Shown here piece after piece: positions 59,001 through 64,000 of a stretch of 64,000 nt of DNA (within the stretch, counting starts at the first letter, position 1; every line of letters begins with the position of its first letter). This DNA is from Candidatus Roizmanbacteria bacterium RIFCSPHIGHO2_02_FULL_37_13b (GTDB lineage: Bacteria > Patescibacteriota > Microgenomatia > UBA1406 > HO2-37-13b), in the NCBI GenBank assembly GCA_001789395.1, contig MFZK01000022.1:6921-70920 (forward strand), in the 5' to 3' direction. The translations under genes were made by a program, and so were the position numbers. The notes below the pieces were generated by a model. The model was not told the DNA's origin. It did not search any database and saw only the letters and a list, made by a program, of their open reading frames with translations.

Positions 59001-60062
59001 ATGAATGAAATTGGAGAGGGGAATATTAAAGTTCGCTCTCTGGGTCTTACGCCAGATGATCAAGCCCGTGTTTCTACAATATTCTATAGAAATCTCCCAG
59101 CGAGTCGACAGAGGATTATTGACGAATTGCCAAAGCCAGAACTTTCTGATATCCAAAGAGCTGAATTATTAACTATTGAGGTTGCGGCGCGAGGATTTCT
59201 TGTCGATAAAATGCGACGTCTTGATATAGATAAACCAGAGTCGCGCTTACCCAATATTATATATTCGGCGCCTAGTGGAGAAGAAGACCAAAGTCATGCA
59301 GGATATATAAGGCAATTGGTTGGTTTACCTGTTGTTATGGTTCATCCGGATCGAATTACATCGTTTGACTTAGGTTTAACAATAATGCATGAATTAAGTC
59401 ATGCATCTACAACCACAGAGACAAGAATGGATTTTAGAAAAGCAGATGGTGATATCGCTAAAGTAAAATCCAATGTACCGATGGGTTTTGCAATCGCTGG
59501 TGGCAGCGAAAAATCAATAGGAAGAGGCATCGAAAACGGATTGGCTATAATGGATGAAGTTGACTTTTTTAATGGTTTTTTAAAAGATCATTATCCAAAG
59601 GATTATCAACGCCGAGTTGATGGGATTGGACCAAAATTCATAAGAGACAGAACGGAAAAAATTAGCCATAAACGATTCGGCTCTCCATTAACCGTTGAAG
59701 AGTATGCTTCATTTATTACTCTTACAGATCAACGTATTCCAATCATTGGTAAATGGATAGCAGTGCCTGGACAAAATGAAACATTACTCAAACAATATAT
59801 ATTGACTAGAGAGTTATGTAGGGCGGTGGGTAGAAAAATTGTGTCAGGCGATGAAGAAGCGCTACCGGAAAATCAATTAGTTCAAAAAGGTCGGGATCAC
59901 TTAGACGTAGAAAGATATAAAAGGGAAAATAATGCCCATCGAACGATTATTGATATATATGGAGGTAAAGACGCGAAAGTTATTTTTAAGGTTGATGATC
60001 ATGGAGTTGGTATAGATGAGGCTTTACGGATTGTAGTTGGCAAAGAAAGCAAGACTGGTTGA
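59001..60062 (+). CDS. hypothetical protein with HExxH (zincin-like) motif
   Basis: LTIMHELSHAST. The gene is more GC-rich than its neighbours. No family assigned. Confidence 0.45.
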   Translation: MNEIGEGNIKVRSLGLTPDDQARVSTIFYRNLPASRQRIIDELPKPELSDIQRAELLTIEVAARGFLVDKMRRLDIDKPESRLPNIIYSAPSGEEDQSHAGYIRQLVGLPVVMVHPDRITSFDLGLTIMHELSHASTTTETRMDFRKADGDIAKVKSNVPMGFAIAGGSEKSIGRGIENGLAIMDEVDFFNGFLKDHYPKDYQRRVDGIGPKFIRDRTEKISHKRFGSPLTVEEYASFITLTDQRIPIIGKWIAVPGQNETLLKQYILTRELCRAVGRKIVSGDEEALPENQLVQKGRDHLDVERYKRENNAHRTIIDIYGGKDAKVIFKVDDHGVGIDEALRIVVGKESKTG

Positions 60063-60077
60063 TGTTATAATAAAATC

Positions 60078-60701
60078 ATGGAATCATTTATTATCGACAC
60101 CAATTTCTTCTTTAATCTGGAGATTAAATCAGGGTTTGGCAAAAACCCAAATGAAATAATCGTCAATCTTACTGATATGGCAAAAAAACTTAAAAAGGAA
60201 AAAAAAGCCGAACTTTTTATGCCGGCATCAATTGTTTCAGAGTTTAAGACATTTATGGATGAAAAAAGTGAAATAGCCAATGAATTTCTTACCACAATTA
60301 CAATAAAATCTCCGGATATTGAAAATATCAAGTTTTCGGTAGCTGTATTTTACAAGTTGGTAGATGAATCCAGATCCAGATCATATCGGGGGCTGCAGAT
60401 AGCTGAGGAAATTGCTGATCAAGCAGGTAAAATCATGCTGGGAAAGCAAGATTTATCCAAAGTTGATTATCAAAAAACGATAGGAGTAGTGGTTAATAAA
60501 TTACGGGAAAGATACCGACAAGCGACCCGATTCAATTTTTTGGATAGCGTAGCTGATCTTGACCTAATTGTATTAGCCAAAGAGTTGGACGGTTGTTTAG
60601 TGACCTCAGACGAAGGTGTGACCCGCTGGGGAAGAATATTTGGTGTTAAAGAGATTTCATCGGTTCTTTTCCGGCAGAGACTGGTTTCACTTCTTGAATA
60701 A
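60078..60701 (+). CDS. PIN-domain nuclease-like protein (RNA-ligase-partner/Nob1-like)
   Basis: N-terminal FIIDTNFFFN (PIN Asp) and C-terminal LVTSDEGV. The pattern recalls MJ_0950-type proteins, from memory. Confidence 0.5.
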   Translation: MESFIIDTNFFFNLEIKSGFGKNPNEIIVNLTDMAKKLKKEKKAELFMPASIVSEFKTFMDEKSEIANEFLTTITIKSPDIENIKFSVAVFYKLVDESRSRSYRGLQIAEEIADQAGKIMLGKQDLSKVDYQKTIGVVVNKLRERYRQATRFNFLDSVADLDLIVLAKELDGCLVTSDEGVTRWGRIFGVKEISSVLFRQRLVSLLE

Positions 60702-61218
60702 AATCTTTCTCAGACGGCATTAATTTTGTCAACCATTCTGTCATTTTGTCGGTTAAGGTTTTATGAGGATGTTCTTGATAGATCAGATAATCAGATAATA
60801 GCTTAGTTACTTTTTGTTTAATGTCGATATCCTTAATCACGAGATATATATGGTAAGAATAGGGTTCGTGACTGACCAAAACCAAAACATGGTAATCAAA
60901 CTTTTCTACAAAATAGAAATAAGATAGAAAGTCGAATCGATAAGCATTTCCGGCGGTTTCAACCCCAAATTTTGTTATTTTATTGGTGACAGAAGGTGGT
61001 GGAGTAATCGTCAATACATAAAACAAAAAAATTATTGCTAAAATTGGCATGACTAAGATTTTGTCGCCAAAAAAAACCACGATTAATGATAAAAGCAGAG
61101 CTAAGGCGATATAGAAGCGCAGTACACCAGTCGAACGTTTTTTATATGCTCGAAGAGGGGCGACCCAAGAAAAAATAACTTGTGGATTCTGGTTTGTTTC
61201 GACTTTCACGTCTGTCAT
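60646..61218 (-). CDS. hypothetical membrane protein
   Basis: The ORF track gives 60646..61287; I prefer ATG 61218 (MTDVKVETNQ...). It has two TM segments followed by a soluble domain. Confidence 0.4.
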   Translation of the reverse strand: MTDVKVETNQNPQVIFSWVAPLRAYKKRSTGVLRFYIALALLLSLIVVFFGDKILVMPILAIIFLFYVLTITPPPSVTNKITKFGVETAGNAYRFDFLSYFYFVEKFDYHVLVLVSHEPYSYHIYLVIKDIDIKQKVTKLLSDYLIYQEHPHKTLTDKMTEWLTKLMPSEKDFIQEVKPVSAGKEPMKSL

Positions 61219-61480
61219 GGTATTTAGTAAATTTTCTCCAATTCGAACAGTCTTGTCAACCGTGATTTTAAATATCAATAAATACAATCATGGTTTTGTT
61301 GTATTGTCATAGGAATTCTATCTTCCCGTTCAATTTTTTTTGAGGAAACATCATCACGGGGGCTTTTTTTGTTATGGGGTATTTTTTTTGAGCCTAAGAA
61401 AACTAATGATACATTTTGATACTATATTGATGTATTGACAGATTACAGATAGTGTATTAGAGTAACTTCAGACACCAAAT

Positions 61481-61927
61481 ATGCATTGTATATTTTGCGG
61501 AAGCAGCGAGACAGATGTAATTGAAACAAGAGTTCCTGAGAACGGTTTGACAGTTAGACGACGTCGTGAATGCGGCAAGTGCGTGAAACGATTCACGACT
61601 TATGAAAAGGTTGAGGAACTTCCTTTAATAGTGATAAAACGTGATGGAAGAAGAGAAAGATTTGATCGACAAAAGTTATTTAAAGGAATATTTAAATCAA
61701 CCGAAAAAACAACCGTTACCCTGGAACAAGTAGAAGCAATTGTGTCCGGAGTTGAAAGTGATCTAAAACAACAAGAATCAACAGAGATCGAAAGTAAGAC
61801 AATAGGAAATCTAGTTGCTAAAAGGCTTAAAAGTCTTGATAAGGTGGCTTATATTAGATTTGCATCAGTTTTTCGGAGGTTTGTTGATCTGGAAGACTTT
61901 GAAAAAGAGTTAAAAAAATTATTATGA
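61481..61927 (+). CDS. nrdR: transcriptional repressor NrdR
   Basis: MHCIFCGSSETDVIETR...CGKCVKRFTTYE is a zinc ribbon, followed by an ATP-cone. Confidence 0.9.
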   Translation: MHCIFCGSSETDVIETRVPENGLTVRRRRECGKCVKRFTTYEKVEELPLIVIKRDGRRERFDRQKLFKGIFKSTEKTTVTLEQVEAIVSGVESDLKQQESTEIESKTIGNLVAKRLKSLDKVAYIRFASVFRRFVDLEDFEKELKKLL

Positions 61928-64000
61928 AATTAAAAGGAGTATCAGAAAAGGTTTTTTTGGATAGATATTCATTGAAAGACAAAAATGGTGGGGCTTTAGA
62001 AACGACACCTGATAAAATGTGGCGACGCGTTGCTAAAGGAATAGCTAGTGTTGAAAAAAAAGAAATAAGAAATCACTGGGAAAAAAAATTCTTTAATGCG
62101 ATGACTGATTTTAAATTCATTCCCGGTGGAAGAATTCTCTCAGGAGCCGGGACCGGTTATGAAGTCACCTATTATAATTGTTTTGTAATTCCTTCCCCTA
62201 AAGACTCAAGAGGTGGAATACTAGAGACATTAAAGCAAATGGTAGAGATTATGGCTCGTGGGGGTGGAGTCGGGTTTAATCTTTCATCTCTAAGAGCACG
62301 AGGCTCTAGAGTAAAGAAAGTCAATGGCTTTTCTTCTGGTCCATGTAATTGGGCGGAGTTATTCTCTGTAGCGACAAAGGATATCATTCAACAAGGGGGA
62401 ACTCGTCGTGGAGCCCTGATGTTAATGTTGTGGGATTGGCATCCTGATGTTGAAGAATTTATCACAGTAAAGCAAGATTTAAGACGTATTAACGGTGCGA
62501 ATTTATCGGTTTGTGTGTCTGATCAATTTATGAAGGCGGTTGAGAATGATGCTGATTGGCCATTAGTTTTCCCGGACACCGACGATCTAAATTACGACAG
62601 AGATTGGGATGGAGATATCGAGAAGTGGAAATCATTAGGCAAAAAAATTATTGTTCATAAAATAATTAAAGCCCGTCAGCTTTGGGAGTCAATTGCTCAA
62701 TCGGCATGGAGGTCGGCTGAGCCTGGAGTTGTTTTTATGGAGCGGGTCAATAAAGTATCCAATACCTGGTATTTTGAGCGAATCAACTGTGTTAATCCTT
62801 GTGGTGAACAACCGCTTCCGGACTGGGGCGTATGCAATCTTGGAGCTCTGAATCTATCCGCATTTGTAAAACGAGGAAAAATGGATTACAAAAAATTGTA
62901 TTCAACATCCAAAGTAGCGTTGCGTTTTCTCGACGACGTTATTGATGCAACAAGCTATTTTTACAAAGAGATAAAACAAAGCCAATCAGATAGGCGTCGT
63001 ACTGGTCTTGGAACAATGGGATTAGCTGATGCATTGATAAAAATTAAAATTCGATATGGCAGCGTCGAATCAATTAAGGCGATAGATAAGATTTACCGAA
63101 CGATAAGAGACGCGGCTTATGAATCCTCTACTGAGATTTCTAAAGAAAAAGGATCATTTTTAGCCTTCGATGCAAAAAAATATCCACAGGGAGAATTTAT
63201 AAAAAAATTACCCAAAAAAATAATCGATGGCATTAAAAAGCATGGTATTCGTAATGCAGTATTATTGACTCAAGCACCTACGGGATCAACATCTCTTTTA
63301 GCCGGAGTTTCGTCCGGAATCGAACCGGTTTTTGAATTTTCTTTCATGCGGCGTGATAGGCTTGGTGAGCACAAAATGTATCATCCTCTTTATTCTGAAT
63401 GGATATCAAAACAGAAAAACACCGAAAAGCAGGAAAAACCGGATTACTTTGTCTCGGCTTCTGATTTAAATCCGGAAGATCACGTCAGAGTACAAGCAGT
63501 AATTCAAAGCTATACTGATTCATCTATATCCAAGACTGCAAATGCGCCGACCGACCATACCGTTGAAGATGTAAAAAAACTTTATAATCTGGCCTACGAG
63601 TTGGGTTGTAAGGGAGTTACTTATATGCGTGAAGGTTCCCGACCCGGAGTTTTAGAGCGAGAGATGACAGAGAAAAAGAAGGAAGAGAAGAAAGAGGTAA
63701 TTCAACCGGAATATAAGGTAAAACCAAGACCAATGGTAGTCCATGGATCGACTTACAGGATAAAAACACCTGTTGGAGTAGCTTATATAACTATTAACAC
63801 CAACGGCAACATGGAACCTTTGGAGCTTTTTGTAAACGTCGGTAAAGCGGGATCTGATGTTTACGCGATGGCTGAGGGATTGGGTAGGATGATTTCGTTG
63901 GCACTCCGGTTCTCTTCACATCTGTCGCCGAATGAGCGGATAAAAGAAATCGTTGATCAGCTTTCTCATATAGGCGGAGCGCGAGTTTTGGGCTTTGGAA
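61924..64000 (+). CDS. nrdJ: class II (adenosylcobalamin-dependent) ribonucleotide reductase, 3'-truncated by window edge
   Basis: Own translation from ATG 61924 (ATGA overlap with the nrdR stop): MKLKGVSEKVFLDRYSLKD...FIPGGRILSGAG...NCFVIP...GGGVGFNLSSLRPRGS...NPCGEQPL...TANAP. The ORF stays open to the end of the window. Confidence 0.85.
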   Translation, partial: MKLKGVSEKVFLDRYSLKDKNGGALETTPDKMWRRVAKGIASVEKKEIRNHWEKKFFNAMTDFKFIPGGRILSGAGTGYEVTYYNCFVIPSPKDSRGGILETLKQMVEIMARGGGVGFNLSSLRARGSRVKKVNGFSSGPCNWAELFSVATKDIIQQGGTRRGALMLMLWDWHPDVEEFITVKQDLRRINGANLSVCVSDQFMKAVENDADWPLVFPDTDDLNYDRDWDGDIEKWKSLGKKIIVHKIIKARQLWESIAQSAWRSAEPGVVFMERVNKVSNTWYFERINCVNPCGEQPLPDWGVCNLGALNLSAFVKRGKMDYKKLYSTSKVALRFLDDVIDATSYFYKEIKQSQSDRRRTGLGTMGLADALIKIKIRYGSVESIKAIDKIYRTIRDAAYESSTEISKEKGSFLAFDAKKYPQGEFIKKLPKKIIDGIKKHGIRNAVLLTQAPTGSTSLLAGVSSGIEPVFEFSFMRRDRLGEHKMYHPLYSEWISKQKNTEKQEKPDYFVSASDLNPEDHVRVQAVIQSYTDSSISKTANAPTDHTVEDVKKLYNLAYELGCKGVTYMREGSRPGVLEREMTEKKKEEKKEVIQPEYKVKPRPMVVHGSTYRIKTPVGVAYITINTNGNMEPLELFVNVGKAGSDVYAMAEGLGRMISLALRFSSHLSPNERIKEIVDQLSHIGGARVLGFG

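Noticed and set aside
61288-61480. Cobalamin riboswitch upstream of nrdR-nrdJ
   Set aside because: I could not find the conserved B12-box (GCCACTG-like) or a GC-rich multi-stem core. The region is AT-rich with T-runs only.

Overview
This is an AT-rich, gene-dense bacterial chromosome segment read with the standard code. The gene content suggests a Candidate Phyla Radiation / Patescibacteria-type organism: compact housekeeping genes, many polytopic GT-C-like membrane proteins, a VirB3/VirB4-like pair, EndoQ and a class II RNR. That assignment is inference only; no database was run. The window holds the chromosomal origin (dnaA-dnaN with three perfect TTATCCACA boxes). It also holds recA-recX-rny-hup, smpB-ssrA, purA-guaB-miaB, nrdR-nrdJ, trmD/yidD, an ABC/GldG-like transporter set, tRNA-Pro(GGG), tRNA-Ala(GGC) and one IS481-like insertion sequence. 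The main result is a ~6.8 kb, visibly more GC-rich integrative island (17406-24221). It sits in the 3' end of the tmRNA gene and is bounded by a 20-bp direct repeat identical to the ssrA T-arm/acceptor. Its large serine recombinase ORF reads across the att core. The island carries an uncharacterised five-gene operon: a 605-aa protein with an RNIFIEH (Rx5H) motif, a stand-alone receiver-like domain, a YHYH-type secreted protein and two small membrane proteins. An XRE regulator is divergently oriented to this operon. The island also has a feature-rich ~500-bp non-coding hub. Other non-standard signals: (1) degenerate heptanucleotide arrays and a ~145-bp imperfect palindrome inserted in frame inside housekeeping genes (trxB, miaB, an FAD oxidoreductase); (2) a family of GC-rich CGTCnGACG-type nested hairpins, including one inside a CDS; (3) a 14-nt promoter motif shared by comM, recA and the island operon; (4) a GHKL-ATPase/STAS-like gene pair preceded by ~27-bp direct repeats. 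No CRISPR array and no rRNA were seen.
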